A stretch of DNA of 64,000 bases, taken from the NCBI RefSeq assembly GCF_964355755.1, contig NC_092679.1, positions 17,467,432-17,531,431 on the forward strand, read 5' to 3'. A program made the position numbers and the translations under genes. The stretch comes from Antedon mediterranea. Taxonomy: Eukaryota; Animalia; Echinodermata. This document shows, piece by piece, positions 51,101 to 64,000 of the stretch. How positions within the stretch are numbered: the first letter of the stretch is position 1; each line of letters starts with the position of its first letter. A model generated the notes under the pieces. The model was not told where the DNA came from. It made no database searches and saw only the letters and a program-made list of their open reading frames with translations.

Positions 51101-54100
51101 GCAGGAGATAAAAATTGAGAAACAAATTCTCAAGTATTGAATTGAACATTCAGTTTAAACTCAGAGTAGAGTAAACTTTTTACTTGACTGTAAGCTACTT
51201 TTCATTAGTTAAATTATCATCCTGTTTGTGTAGTACCCACTACTTCCTTGAGCTTAGCCATCAGTGCTAGCTTGGTGGTTTAGAGGTATGAATGCCAGAC
51301 TGTTGATCTAAGGGATGTGGGTTCAAGTCACACTCAAGAATGACTTGCAAATATTTTTGCAAAGTGTTCCCAATGTTCCGAACATTTAGGAGTGGGATAA
51401 AACATCTGACTTATAGTTGTGTAGTACTGAAATTTGATAGTACTTTATGTCAATTAAATTTCCTACAGTTAAACAATCTTAGGCTCATTAAAATTAGTTA
51501 CAACCAAAATAACAAAAGAACATCTCATCCAAATAGCTTCATTTAAGTAAAACTTTACCTTGATCTTTCACTTGATATGAGTTGTGTTTTGACAGACAAC
51601 ATAAAGTTCAAACAAACTTAAGGATGCATGATAAATGATAAAGTCTGTGCTTAGGTATAACTAACAATCGGCCACTATTGATGGTATGTGAGTTGTGTGC
51701 CCATATTGCCAGGTATCTATTGTCCCAACTGAAATGTACACTAGCATACGGCCTAGCAGATATGGCGACAGCTTGGTTTTGATATGGTTATTTGGTGTTA
51801 CTGAAGACAAATCAGTTGATGAAATGAAATATTATTGTTTAGATGATAAATAGGTAATTCAGAAAATTCATTGGAATGAGAAAGAACAAATTGTTACCTA
51901 ATTAAATCAATATAATTAAACTTATTTTGCATTATATGAAATGTTACCAATTGTTGCCAATTTAGCAGAGTACTGTAGGAGTATTGTTAGAAGTTGAATT
52001 TAAGCCATTATTTGCACAAAGCATACTTGTTATGATAATTAATTCATTAATTCTTTTTATTGGTATTGTTATTCATAAAATATTATTAAATTAGAATGTA
52101 ATGATTATATACACAATGTGACATTCCAACTGAAACTCAAATTTAGAATATTGCTTTAACTGTACTTTTTTGTAAAAGCACCATCATGAATTAATGTGGT
52201 ATACAGTAGTCAATATAAACATTGATGGTATACAGTAGTCAATATAAAGAATAATATATAAACATGTGTGAGGACACACCCATTTGACTTGCAAGTAGTA
52301 AATAGATACTATACTGGTAATTAAATAATTTCCATCGGTAAGGTACAACTGTACTTATGTAAAAGCACCATCACGTATTAATGTGGTATACAGTAATCAA
52401 TATAAACAATGATATATTAACATGTGTGAGGACACACCCATTTTACTTGCAAGTACTAAATAGATACTATACTGGTAATTAAATAATTTCCATCGGTAAG
52501 GTACAACTGTACCTTATGTAAAAGCACCATCACGTAGTAATGGTATACAGTAGTCAATATGAACAATGATATATTAACATGTGTGAGGACACGCCCATTT
52601 GACTTACAAGTAGTAAATAGATAATATACTGGTAATTAAATAATTTCCATCGGTAAGGTACAACTGTACTTATGTAAAAGCACCATCACGTATTAATGTG
52701 GTATACAGTAATCAATATAAACAATGATATATAAACATGTTTGAGGACACGCCCATTTGACTTACAAAGTACTAAATAGATAATATACTGGTAATTAAAT
52801 AATTTCCATCGGTAAGGTACAACTGTACTTATGTAAAAGCACCATCACGTATTAATGTGGTATACAGTAATCAATATAAACAATGATATATTAACATGTG
52901 TGAGGACACGCCCATTTGACTTACAAGTAGTAAATAGATACTATACTGGTAATTAAATCATTCCCATTTGTAAGGTACAACTGTACTTATGTAAAAGCAC
53001 CATCACGTAATGTGGTATACAGTAATCAATATAAACAATGATATATAAACATGTGTGAGGACACGCCCATTTGACTTGCAAGTAGTAAATAGATAATATA
53101 CTGGTAATTAAATAATTTCCATCGGTAAGGTACAACTGTACTTATGTAAAAGCACCATCACGTATTAATGTGGTATACAGTAATCAATATAAACAATGAT
53201 ATATAAACATGTGTGAGGACACACCCATTTGACTTACAAGTAGTAAATAGATACTATACTGGTAATTAAATAATTTCCATCGGTAAGGTACAACTGTACT
53301 TATGTAAAAGCACCATCACGTAGTAATGGTATACAGTAGTCAATATGAACAATGATATATTAACATGTGTGAGGACACGCCCATTTGACTTACAAAGTAC
53401 TAAATAGATACTATACTGGTAATTAAATAATTTCCATCGGTAAGGTACAACTGTACTTATGTAAAAGCACCATCACGTATTAATGTGGTATACAGTAGTC
53501 AATATAAACAATGATATATAAACATGTTTGAGGACACGCCCATTTGACTTACAAGTAGTAAATAGATACTATACTGGTAATTAAATAATTTCCATCGGTA
53601 AGGTACAACTGTACTTATGTAAAAGCATCATCATGTATTAATGGTATACAGTAGTCAATATGAACAATGATATATAAACATGTTTGAGGACACGCCCATT
53701 TGACTTACAAGTAGTAAATAGATAATATACTGGTAATTAAATAATTTCCATCGGTAAGGTACAACTGTACTTATGTAAAAGCATCATCATGTATTAATGG
53801 TATACAGTAGTCAATATGAACAATGATATATAAACATGTTTGAGGACACGCCCATTTGACTTACAAAGTACTAAATAGATACTATACTGGTAATTAAATA
53901 ATTTCCATCGGTAAGGTACAACTGTACTTATGTAAAAGCATCATCATGTATTAATGGTATACAGTAGTCAATATGAACAATGATATATAAACATGTTTGA
54001 GGACACGCCCATTTGACTTACAAGTACTAAATAGATACTATACTGGTAATTAAATAATTTCCATCGGTAAGGTACAACTGTACTTATGTAAAAGCATCAT

Positions 54101-57100
54101 CATGTATTAATGGTATACAGTAGTCAATATGAACAATGATATATAAACATGTTTGAGGACACGCCCATTTGACTTACAAGTAGTAAATAGATAATATACT
54201 GGTAATTAAATAATTTCCATCGGTAAGGTACAACTGTACTTATGTAAAAGCATCATCATGTATTAATGGTATACAGTAGTCAATATGAACAATGATATAT
54301 AAACATGTTTGAGGACACGCCCATTTGACTTACAAAGTACTAAATAGATACTATACTGGTAATTAAATAATTTCCATCGGTAAGGTACAACTGTACTTAT
54401 GTAAAAGCATCATCACGTATTAATGTGGTATACAGTAATCAATATGAACAATGATATATTAACATGTGTGAGGACACGCCCATTTGACTTACAAGTAGTA
54501 AATAGATACTATACTGGTAATTAAATAATTTCCATCGGTAAGGTACAACTGTACTTATGTAAAAGCACCATCACGTATTAATGTGGTATACAGTAGTCAA
54601 TATAAACAATGATATATAAACATGTTTGAGGACACGCCCATTTGACTTACAAGTAGTAAATAGATACTATACTGGTAATTAAATAATTTCCATCGGTAAG
54701 GTACAACTGTACTTATGTAAAAGCATCATCACGTATTAATGGTATACAGTAGTCAATATGAACAATGATATATAAACATGTTTGAGGACACGCCCATTTG
54801 ACTTACAAAGTACTAAATAGATAATATACTGGTAATTAAATAATTTCCATCGGTAAGGTACAACTGTACTTATGTAAAAGCATCATCACGTATTAATGGT
54901 ATACAGTAGTCAATATGAACAATGATATATTAACATGTTTGAGGACACGCCCATTTGACTTACAAGTAGTAAATAGATACTATACTGGTAATTAAATAAT
55001 TTCCATCGGTAAGGTACAACTGTACTTATGTAAAAGCACCATCACGTATTAATGGTATACAGTAATCAATATGAACAATGATATATTAACATGTGTGAGG
55101 ACACGCCCATTTGACTTACAAGTAGTAAATAGATAATATACTGGTAATTAAATAATTTCCATCGGTAAGGTACAACTGTACCTTATGTAAAAGCACCATC
55201 ACGTAGTAATGGTATACAGTAGTCAATGTGAACAATGATATATTAACATGTGTGAGGACACGCCCATTTGACTTACAAAGTACTAAATAGATAATATACT
55301 GGTAATTAAATAATTTCCATCGGTAAGGTACAACTGTACTTATGTAAAAGCACCATCATGAATTAATGTGGTATAGTCATATGAACAATGATATATAAAC
55401 ATGTTTGAGGACACGCCCATTTGACTTGCAAGCAGTAAATAGATAATATACTGGTAATTAAATAATTTCCATTGGTAAGGTACAACTGTACTTATGTAAA
55501 AGTACCATCATGTATTAATGTGGTATACAGTAATCAATATAAACAATGATATATAAACATGTTTGAGGACACGCCCATTTGACTTACAAAGTACTAAATA
55601 GATAATATACTGGTAATTAAATAATTTCCATCGGTAAGGTACAACTGTACTTATGTAAAATCACCATCATGTATTAATGTGGTATAGTCATATGAACAAT
55701 GAAATATAAACATGTTTGAGGACACGCCTATTTGACTTACAAGTAGTAAATAGATAATATATTTATAGATAATACCCATCTATAAGGTACATATGCATTG
55801 AACTAGGTCCTGCCGAAACTGTTGCCAATGGAAAAACAATTTTGTCAATATGCAATTTTCGTTCACCTGTGTCTGGACCTTCACCTGACATGTGTCAATA
55901 TACAAAACCAGGTTTAGGTCTACCAGTCAAAGTGTAAATAGTATATTACTCTGGATTTCTATGTTGTTTAAAAATAAATGTTTGTATTAAAGGATATAAT
56001 ATCATCTTTTGACTGTCAATATACACTGGTTTCCAAGAGCAGGTCCATCAATTAGCTACAACTCATCACCAAATTAAGGCTTATTTGTTATGCATGATTT
56101 TGTTTTGTAGAAAGATTAGTGGAATAACTCATTTACCTAGCTAATCATTTTTGGCTTTTAGAAAGTGTTCGATCAGATGTGTGTGAAAGCGGTGTTAGTT
56201 AAAATGCATAGAATATTCACATCTGCTGGTATTGAAGGTGATTGCTATTGTTAAATTGATATTGTTTGTGAGTGGTATTTGCCGCATACATTAGGGATAA
56301 CCTAGCATAACATAACTCTATCCAGCTAGTTCTAGACATAATGGTGTCGAGACATGTAGTATTACTGGTAGAGATGGTAACACTACATGAATTTGTTTCT
56401 CCTAGGCCCTAGTTTATTTCAAAATGATCTAATTCAATTTTAACGTCTAGTATAAAAAGCTCAGTTTATCTTTCCAGAAGCATGATATGATCTTGTAACC
56501 TACTGTAGCTTTGTTTTTCTCCTGGTTTAAATTTTTTTTTTTTTATATGAAACATAAAAGTAAAACGATAGACAAAAACTGTAATGGACCAAAAAAAAGG
56601 GCGTGTCTCCAATCTCAACTAACAAAAATATAAATACATTATTTAAAAAAATGTATAGGCCTATAGGACAAATTATGTACAATACAAAATAACATTATAC
56701 CTTTGAAAGAGAAAATGTTTGTGTTCCAACGGGTTCTACTGTTATTATTTATAAAGAGTAAAATCAAAGTTTTTAATTTTATTACAAATTTCCAACATGT
56801 TTAAAGAATACCGTTTATCATACATTTTTTTTTACTTTCGGTAAATTATTCATATTATTTGAATATGCAATACTTATTTCCCTAACCACACATTTAAAAA
56901 TCTTTAAAAATGTAGTCTTGTGCAATTACGACATATATGCATATCTTGGTGCCTGGATTTCCAAAGCCATTTAACGAAAATTAGTGGGAAAAAAAATTCC
57001 ACAAATTGAGTTATAAAAGCTTTCCTGTGGAATAAACCATTCAAAGTCCAAGGTTTTTTGCTTAGAAACATTCCAAAATTAAGATATTGAAAAGAAGATT

Positions 57101-60100
57101 ATTTTATTTTAATTTTCACATAACTATTATTTAATTAACAGTTTAGAGTATTACCACTTTTCATAGAGGTGTTACCCATTATTAAAATAGTGAAAAAACT
57201 ATGGCAAATCATTAAATCTCCCCAATGATAAAGTGGTTGAGGCCACTCCGTCAGGTCATGGTGCCTTATATTAGGAAGTCCCAGCCCAAAGGGTGATCAT
57301 GGTACGTTGATTGTTGAATTTTTATCGTATTTTATATCGAAGAATAAAACATTTTTAAAGATGTATGGGAGAAAAAGGTAATATTTTCTATAATATATTA
57401 TTATACGTTTATATTAGTATTATCCCAATGGTTGTGATTTGTTAAATTAATAAATTAGTAACGGAAGTGTTTGATATTTGAAGTATTTTTCCTTCGGTAT
57501 ACTTTGAATTAGCTCATTACTGTCATCTATGTGTAAAATAAATTTAAATCCAAAAGAAACATAATTTAGTTATGGTTTCTTTTGGAATATTTTGTCAAAC
57601 AAACATGTTTTCATTTTGTTTTTGCTTTATATCCATTCTTTATTTCAGGAATTTTAGTCACTAAACACAGATTATGGCTGATTCTTTTGTTTTAAAATAT
57701 ATATATTTGTTAAATTCTGTGATTTATATTGGGTTTTTTTTATGCTTAATATTGCTATATATTTTGTTGTTTCAATTGTACTGGGTTACCACTAATTGTC
57801 ATCAAAATTATTTTATAATTTTTTAATTTTTTTTTTACCAGTAAAAATATGAAAATCCCCTTAATCTAAAAGTTTCATGAACTTCTACATGTCAATAGTT
57901 CTATTCTATGGATGGATCACCAAATCTAATATTGATTTTGATCACCATTTGGAAAATTACCTTGTACAAAAGATTTACCAACTAAACCACTTATTTGGGG
58001 ATGAACCTATATCATAATGAAAACATATCCACATTTAAAAACACAAACATTTATGATTTTTTTTTTATTTATTTCACAGACCCAACAAAGATGCAGAATT
58101 CAATGCAGGTAAATTTATATCTTTTGATATGTTCTAAAGCACTGTCTACACTATCCAACTTTATGTGACAAAAAAAAAAAAATGTGATTTGCCCATATAA
58201 TATATGGACATGATGAAGTCATATCACTGCCGTATTTGAGCATATCACTACCATATTTGGGCATATCACTACCATATTTGAGCATATCACTACCATATTT
58301 GAGCATATCACTACCATATTTGGGCACATCACACTTTTTTAGTTTGATAGGGCAGGGAAAAATGTCCATGTAGTGTAGACAGAGCTTTGTATTTCTTATA
58401 ATAAATCAATTTTCATATTCAAATTCACCAAACATTTATTTCTTCAATAAATACATATTAGGGTTACCTTAAAATAAACTTGATTGTGAGAATAATTTGT
58501 AATATGCCAAGTATGAGTCATATGATATGATATATTCAGTCATTATTCTTTATGAACTCTTCATTCTATCTCGGATACTAATCTCTCTTTTTTTTGGTGT
58601 TTAAATTGTGATAAGATCTTGTGTACTTTTAATATCCACAATTAGTATTTTGTTCTACTTGCTTGCTCTTGGCTTAATAATAGTCTTTTGATAACATGCC
58701 TTCTGTCTACACATGGTCACTCTTGTTGCTCTTTTTTTCCTAGTTCCTTTATTGCAAAGTTACAAAAATAACATAATTTTATGGCACAGAAAACCGAATG
58801 AGCCAGTTAACAGGGTATACGAAAACAAAGCTAACATTGTATTGCTTTAAAGCTTGCGTTTTCCACATTATTCGGTTGTAAATTTTAAAAGTATGAAAGC
58901 GTATTTAAATAATGTAATGTTATCTTTAATGCATAAAGCATACTCCAGAGAAGAGAGTATTTTCAGACGTTTTTTGTTGAACAAATAAATGAAATGACAC
59001 AGGAATCATACTCTAGGTGTTCCTATTTGTTCACTTTAACTTTGATATTAGGTCGATTTAAAAAAAAAACTAAGAGAGGAAAGAGCATTTTAAAAATGTA
59101 ATGTATTTTGTTGATACATGACAAATATTTTGATGTTCTTCGTAAATGACTTTAGTTTTAGATATTAGATAAAAAGCCTTGATAATTTCTTGTGGATTTT
59201 GCATAAATATTATTCTAATGTTCCACTTGCCTGGTCTTTGCTTAATGGCGATGTTGTTTCTCTATGGATTGCATCTCTGGCGTGAACCAACATGCATCAT
59301 TAATCATCTGTAATAATATTCTACTTATACTAAAAATGCTATAATTCTATGGAGAAAAAAGTGCAATGCTTTAAGCTCTGTCTATCAAACTATTTAAAAT
59401 AAAAAAGGTGTGATGTGCCGAAATATGGTAGTGATATGCCCAAATATAGTAGTGATATGACATTATGTCCATATATGGGCACATCACATTTTTTTGTCAC
59501 ATAAAGTTTGATATTGTAGACAGGGCTTAAATTTGACAAGTGGAATAACATGGCAGATACAGATTGCGTATTTAAAATGTTAAAAATTACATTATGAACT
59601 GGCACCAAAATTTAAAAAATGTAATTTAAAATATACAATAATATCAATTGATATAAGAGGTCAATGATGCTATAAATATTATTTTACGTTAATTTTGCAG
59701 AAGAAGGATTGGTTCGCATATACATGAGAGGGCGCCCAGTTACCGTTTACGTTCCATCTGACGTAGAGAATTTTGACATTGGATCCAAGATATCAGCTCC
59801 TGCTGAAAAGTTAAAGATGGAGTGGATGTATCCTTGATGTATTTGACCTGTAAAATCAAAAAGGTCAACTTATATGTTGTTGACCATATTAATGTGTTTA
59901 AATGAAAGGGGTCGAAGGGGTGGGAGGATCTGCCCTTGACTTAACCAGTTTGATGGAGTTTACTCTACCGAAACATCTCATCAAACAATGAGGCTTTGGT
60001 TAGTTTTTTTTTTTTATTTCATATGTCTATTATCTTTTTTCTAATTTCTAGTACATGTTGTTCAGTTTATTCTGAACCATTAAACCAGTCACAGTATCTA

Positions 60101-63100
60101 GGCCATTATGAGATTTCACAGCATGTGTCCTACTACTGCGCTATGAGTTTCAACGCACTCATAAATTGAGTTTTACACAAATTGCTAAATGCATTTTATG
60201 ATTTATCACTTCCATTATAGTAATTTATGTATAGTATCCTCATAAAATTATGAAATTTTACTAGAGACTCTCTTGGTTCATAGTGGTGTGGTGGAAAAAG
60301 TTTTCTCGCGTCCATTGTACACATGACTTGTGTGCACTAAAAACCCAGTGTGGTATGTAAATGTTTCCCCGGCATTGTGGTTCAATTTAGCGCCTCATTG
60401 TTACAATAGTTCTAAGGGCCTGCAGTTCATTTAAGCCCTAGTATCACCATAAGTTCTGGGGGCCTGCTGTACCTATTAACCCCTATCACCATAAAATCAT
60501 AGTGCAAAACCTTTGGGCTAGAAGACTGCAAATGAGAGAGAGATACACACTATTCACAATCATTCTATATTATTATACTCTGGTGTAATTTGTACTTTAT
60601 ACTATTAGTACATTAAAAATACAAGTAATTCTTGGGTGGGACTCGAACCCACGGCGCCCAGATCACTTGCCTGGCGTTCATACCTCTAGACCACCCGGCT
60701 GAGCTTGTGCTGATGGCTAGGGTTTTTTCCCTCAATCTTGTTATGAGAAGAGGTGCACTAATAGGCGATAAGACAAATCTGTTATTGGATTTGAACCAAG
60801 AAAGCATGTTACCTAACTAATGTATATTGGCACTAGTTCAACCAGTCATTTTCAAGATTTTCCTTAGCATTTGTTATCAGGTATGGTTATCGCGGACGTG
60901 ATTGTCGCAGTAATCTCCATCTACTACCGACCGGTGAAATTGTATACTTTATGGCTGCCACTGTGGTCTTGTTTAACGTTGAAGAGGGTCTGCAACGCCA
61001 TTATATGGGCCACAATGATGATGTTAGATGGTAAGGATGCACTGTGTTTAAAGACACTGAAATGCATATCAAAAAGTGCATACTGTATTAAAATATTAAA
61101 AATTATTTAATTCACAATTTCATACTTTGTGTTAACAGTATTGCTGTCCATCCTGACAAAGTAACTATAGCAACAGGACAAGTTGCTGGACATGACAAAG
61201 TTGAAGGAAAGGTAAAAATGTTTGTCTTAATTTACAACATAACAATTTTAAAGAAGATAAATTATACATTATTTCCAATTACAATACTGTATGTTATTAA
61301 TAATTACAATACTGTATGTTATTAATAATTACAATACTGTATGTTATTAGTAGACAAGGCTTCAAAACAGTAGTAAACCTCTTTCTATTGGACTAATGTT
61401 ATATTAACATAACCCTCATTTATTTTTAACCACACCATAATAATGATATGAACATACATGTTTGTAAGTGTTCATTTTACATATTTGTATAAATAAAATA
61501 AATTATAACTTTGTTCCATTTATTGATAGCGTTGGAAAGTTAGGCAAGGTGCAGAGGTAATTCTTGTGTTCCACACATAAAAACATCACTGTTTTCCCCC
61601 TTGCTGTCATTTCAACCAAGCTTCCCATGTCATGATTTATGATGCTATAGTTATTCTTCACAATTTGAATACTTTCAATAGATATCACAGTAAAACAACT
61701 GGTTATAAGCTTTAGTTATGTAATAGTATTTGTTGTTTTATAATTTACAATTGTTTTATGAATTATGGGAAAACAGATAACAGTTTACTACCTGTTCTTT
61801 CCCCACAGTTTCTATTTTAGTTTCCTTTTCCATGTTATATTTTTGGGGCATTATTTAGGGTATTAAGTAAAAATTTCCATTTTTCTTTCCCTTTTCTTCA
61901 TCCCATTTTATTTTTTCGTTACCTTCTGTAAACAAAACACAGTTCAAATTCACTAAAGCCCAGAAACAGATATTAGAAACACTCTGTAAATATTAATGAT
62001 ATGCGATGGAATTATTTTAGTGGCTTTCCTAAATAATCTTCATGGAAGCCTACTGTATGTGAGAAGTATATTCAGTTGTAGCCTTAGTATTTTTGAATAA
62101 ATTCTGTATTATTTTGTAAAAGCAACACATCATTTTTGTCACAATATTGTTGGCTTCAAAGTATTAAGCCCTGTTTACACTATTAAACAAAAAAATGTGA
62201 TGTGCCCATATATAGACGTGATGTCATATCACTACCATATTTGAGCATATCACTACCATATTTTTAGGCACATCACACTTTTTTTTGTCAAACTAGTTTG
62301 ATAGTGTAGACAGAGCTTTAGATCTCACCATTATTATCACCTATTATTTTACAATCTGTTCTTGATCTTCTTTACAATGCAATATGTTTCAGTAGCTGCT
62401 TATTGTGCTAAAAGTGCTTTGTGTTGTGGTATTGAAATATATGTAAAACACATTTCATATGTAGTCTTGGACATGGTTTATGTAGTGTATGGGCCTAGTT
62501 GTATTTGAGGCGAAATTGGTTGGAGAATAGACACTCTGTGCCTAAATTGTTTCTACCATTTCCCAGCTCCATTTTACAACAGTAGAAGCAAATTGCCACA
62601 ATTATTAGGATCAAAAGAGACGTCATCCATTCAATTATAAATAAAAATATTATTTTTCCGATTGTAAGAAATTTTTTCCACGAATAAAAAAAGTTAAACA
62701 AAATGATAACAAGCCCAGTGATTTACTGGTAGTTCTAGTCTTGGTTTCACTTGAAATAGCTTTTTTCATACTGTTCACAATATTAGGATATGTTGTTTTA
62801 AATTTAGAAAAACTGAAGTTGCTTTTTTTTTGTATGTGTTTGTTTCAATAGAGGTATCCAGTGTAGTTTACTAGATCATCAAAACGGCCATCCATAACCA
62901 CTTCTCAAAAAACAGTCAAACAAATCACTTATTTTCATTTTGCTTTTAGCATTTTGTATATTGTTGTGGCTCATATTATTTTGATAGATACTTTTAAATC
63001 AAGTATTTTTTATCTTTAATTAATAGCCTCATGTTCGCATTTGGGATTCTGTAACTCTCAACACCCTCCATGTAATTGGTGTAGGCTCCTTTGACCGCGC

Positions 63101-63128
63101 TGTCTGCTGCGTTGGATTCTCTAAATTT
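29700..63128 (+). CDS. EML: Echinoderm microtubule-associated protein-like (EMAP/EML1-4 type), 5' portion; continues beyond the window
   Basis: Coiled-coil trimerization exon 40839-41021 (ERVVELEKKVKEQGDELMCMRTAMADVVRRL). Then exons 44989-45027, 45500-45671, 50697-50756, 58080-58108, 59701-59827 (EEGLVRIYMRGRPVTVYVP..PAEKLKMEW), 60881-61030 (YGYRGRDCRSNLHLLPTGEIVYFMAA..QRHYMGHNDD, HELP domain), 61139-61211 (IAVHPDKVTIATGQVAG), 63027-63128 (PHVRIWDSVTLNTLHVIG). Intron phases are compatible throughout. Confidence 0.93.
31364..31430 (+). CDS. EML candidate alternative first exon 1b (MEANVEQGPAGDVVENTPGEKI)
   Basis: Kozak-like ATCATGG, strong donor ATAG|GTAAAT in phase 1, inside a CpG-rich patch (~31190-31670). 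Confidence 0.7.
34676..34880. repeat. ~97-bp direct tandem duplication
   Basis: CAAGTCATAGTACTTACTTTAA..GTAACCAAGAAGACAGTAG occurs twice, plus the start of a third copy. Confidence 0.9.
35310..35328 (+). CDS. EML candidate alternative first exon 1c (MMDTWT)
   Basis: ATGATGGATACATGGACTG|GTAAGA: strong phase-1 donor, with a small CpG-containing patch upstream (~35130-35260). Confidence 0.45.
37838..39411 (-). mobile_element. Helentron-associated non-autonomous element (HINE/DINE-1-like)
   Basis: Subterminal inverted repeats TTGGTTATCCGC (37870-37881) and GCGGATAACCAA (39399-39410). Hairpin GGTTATCC-TGCAACTTCGTTGC-GGATAACC at one end, stem-loop ACTCGTCA-CTT-TGACGAGT plus ACTAG at the other. 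Internal ~355-bp repeats; CpG-rich against a CpG-poor intron. Confidence 0.8.
41090..41231. mobile_element. Foldback MITE
   Basis: CAGTGTCATGAGCAAATTCTGTAATACA ... TGTATTACAGAATTTGCCTATGATACTG, AA on both flanks. Confidence 0.7.
41631..41760. mobile_element. MITE family A
   Basis: CTACACTATCAAACT ... AGTTTGATAGTGTAGACAGAGCT. Confidence 0.85.
42078..42238. mobile_element. MITE family A, full length
   Basis: Both TIRs, TTA/TTA target-site duplication. Confidence 0.9.
43279..43455. mobile_element. Harbinger-type MITE family B (near-perfect foldback)
   Basis: TAA|AGCTTGGTTCCCACTA ... TAGTGGGAACCACGCT|TAA. Confidence 0.85.
46870..47310. mobile_element. Tc1/mariner (pogo-like) MITE with nested tRNA-SINE fragment
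   Basis: TA|CAGTAGAACCTC ... GAGGTTTTACTG|TA. Confidence 0.7.
47056..47160 (+). mobile_element. tRNA-derived SINE head, family C
   Basis: TAGCCATCAGCGCAAGCTCAGTGGTCTAGAG..GTGGGTTCCAGTCC, shared with the copies at 51256 and 60610. Confidence 0.7.
48113..49102 (+). CDS. EML large frame-preserving exon (990 nt, 330 codons; basic, Ser/Thr-rich, probably disordered)
   Basis: Contains the 328-aa ORF. Acceptor TTTTTTAG|T at 48113 and donor TG|GTAAGA at 49102 are both phase 2, matching flanking exons 45500-45671 and 50697-50756. Confidence 0.75.
49674..49689 (+). promoter_or_regulatory. CTCF-like motif
   Basis: CCAACAGAGGGCAGCA closely matches the CTCF core consensus CCASYAGRKGGCRS. Confidence 0.5.
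49972..50063 (+). CDS. EML candidate internal alternative first exon (MPRTSASPRPNSARPSSASKARAAKSRFPK)
   Basis: GC/CpG-rich open frame from ATG 49972 to AG|GTTAGT in phase 2, compatible with acceptor 50697. Confidence 0.65.
51256..51350 (+). mobile_element. tRNA-derived SINE head, family C
   Basis: TAGCCATCAGTGCTAGC..GTGGGTTCAAGTCAC. Confidence 0.7.
52158..55762. repeat. Intronic tandem satellite, ~158-bp unit, ~23 copies
   Basis: Unit GGTAATTAAATAATTTCCATCGGTAAGGTACAACTGTACTTATGTAAAAGCA... recurs at 52316, 52474, 52631, 52790 and onward (157-159 bp spacing), with few variable sites. Confidence 0.97.
58138..58386. mobile_element. MITE family A with expanded internal 21-bp array
   Basis: TIRs plus ~5 tandem CATATCACTACCATATTTG(A/G)G units. 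Confidence 0.85.
59374..59527. mobile_element. MITE family A
   Basis: TIRs and internal motif. Confidence 0.85.
59828..60880 (+). other. U12-type (minor spliceosome) GT-AG intron in the EML HELP domain
   Basis: 5' end GTATCCTT. Branch-site-like TTCCTTAGC at ~60860-60868, about 12 nt from the terminal AG, with no polypyrimidine tract. Splicing restores KMEWM-YGYRG. Confidence 0.9.
60606..60720 (-). mobile_element. tRNA-derived SINE head, family C (least decayed copy)
   Basis: Reverse strand TAGCCATCAGCACAAGCTCAGCCGGGTGGTCTAGAGG..GTGGGTTCGAGTCCCAC, with A and B boxes. Confidence 0.75.
61277..61349. repeat. 25-bp minisatellite, 3 copies
   Basis: AATTACAATACTGTATGTTATTAAT repeated. Confidence 0.9.
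62167..62317. mobile_element. MITE family A
   Basis: Both TIRs, TTA/TTA target-site duplication. Confidence 0.88.
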
Positions 63129-64000
63129 GTAAGTATTTTCAATAATATCGTATACAGGTATACAATATTTTTTTCTAGCATCACTAAAAATATGTTAAAC
63201 ATTAATTATTAGTGATAAACCTTAGTATTTAAAAAAGAAATTGTTATTTCTATCAGGTTAATAGTGGACAGTAGATAGTTTAAAACATTAATAATTGTTT
63301 ATTGTTGTGACTTTTAATGCATATTTATACTTTCTCTAATTGAACCCATGACTACATCAAATATTGTTGGGACTTATTTCCTTTTTAATGTGATTATAGA
63401 TTTATTGTATCTATATATAAATTTACGTAAGAGCAATATTTGTAACTTCTAGAATCTTTACTCAATGGTATAAAACGTTGGTACATACTTTCTGTACTTA
63501 TTTTAACCACCTAATGTAACCCTGTTTAGGTAATTAGAATAAATTAAATTCAAATAATTTCAATTCAAATAAATGTATTTCTCAAAAAGAACAATAACTA
63601 ATATCTTGAGAAAATGATATTCCACTTTAAGCATAGCTTTAATTTTGGCCTCCAAGCAACATTATTATATGAGAACAGACGAAAAATATAATTTGTAGCA
63701 TTCTTTATAGTGTTTCACCACAGGTTTGTTGCTTATTCAACGGTATCACAGCCTTTTTTCCACAGATCACATGATCCTCCCATGGGAAACATTTCTGGAT
63801 AATTCCATGCTTATGTTAATATAGATATGAAAATATTATTAACATAACTAAGTAGATAAGAATATGTATTCCAAATCAATAATTCAAATTTATCACAAGA
63901 CTAAGTATAACTTAAAATAACAAAAGCTGGATTACAAAAACCCGATTTTTTTTTTTTATATTCACTTATCCATTTATATATCCAATTTTGTCAAAACAAA

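Noticed and set aside
52158-55762. CRISPR-like array or hammerhead-ribozyme satellite
   Set aside because: Units are contiguous with no unique spacers and no cas genes. No CTGANGA...GAAA hammerhead core was found on either strand.
58151-58369. ORF with KYGSDML heptad repeats
   Set aside because: It is the 21-bp internal repeat of MITE family A, not a gene.

Overview
AT-rich, intron-dense animal genomic DNA, probably a marine invertebrate deuterostome such as an echinoderm (inferred from gene and repeat content, not proven). It is not prokaryotic, and most ORF-track entries are intron noise or partial exons. Five spliced genes were reconstructed by hand: the 3' end of mitochondrial seryl-tRNA synthetase SARS2 (+); TXNDC16/ERp90 (-); two tandem FMN-dependent alpha-hydroxy acid oxidase (HAO-like) paralogs (-); and the 5' half of a large EMAP/EML microtubule-associated protein gene (+) that runs off the window. 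Main points of interest: (1) the HAO pair shares non-canonical active-site residues, differs in its peroxisomal signal (CKL vs TVL), and the second copy carries a duplicated promoter/exon-1 relic inside intron 2; (2) the EML gene has several candidate alternative first exons, micro-exons, a 990-nt frame-preserving exon of repeated basic-x-x-S-E motifs, a partial exon duplication, a U12 intron and a 158-bp intronic satellite; (3) a chimeric 5S-rRNA/tRNA/Deu-type SINE, a complete Helentron-type element, and a Harbinger-type MITE family that often sits next to exons. All comparisons with known proteins and repeat families are from memory; no searches were run.
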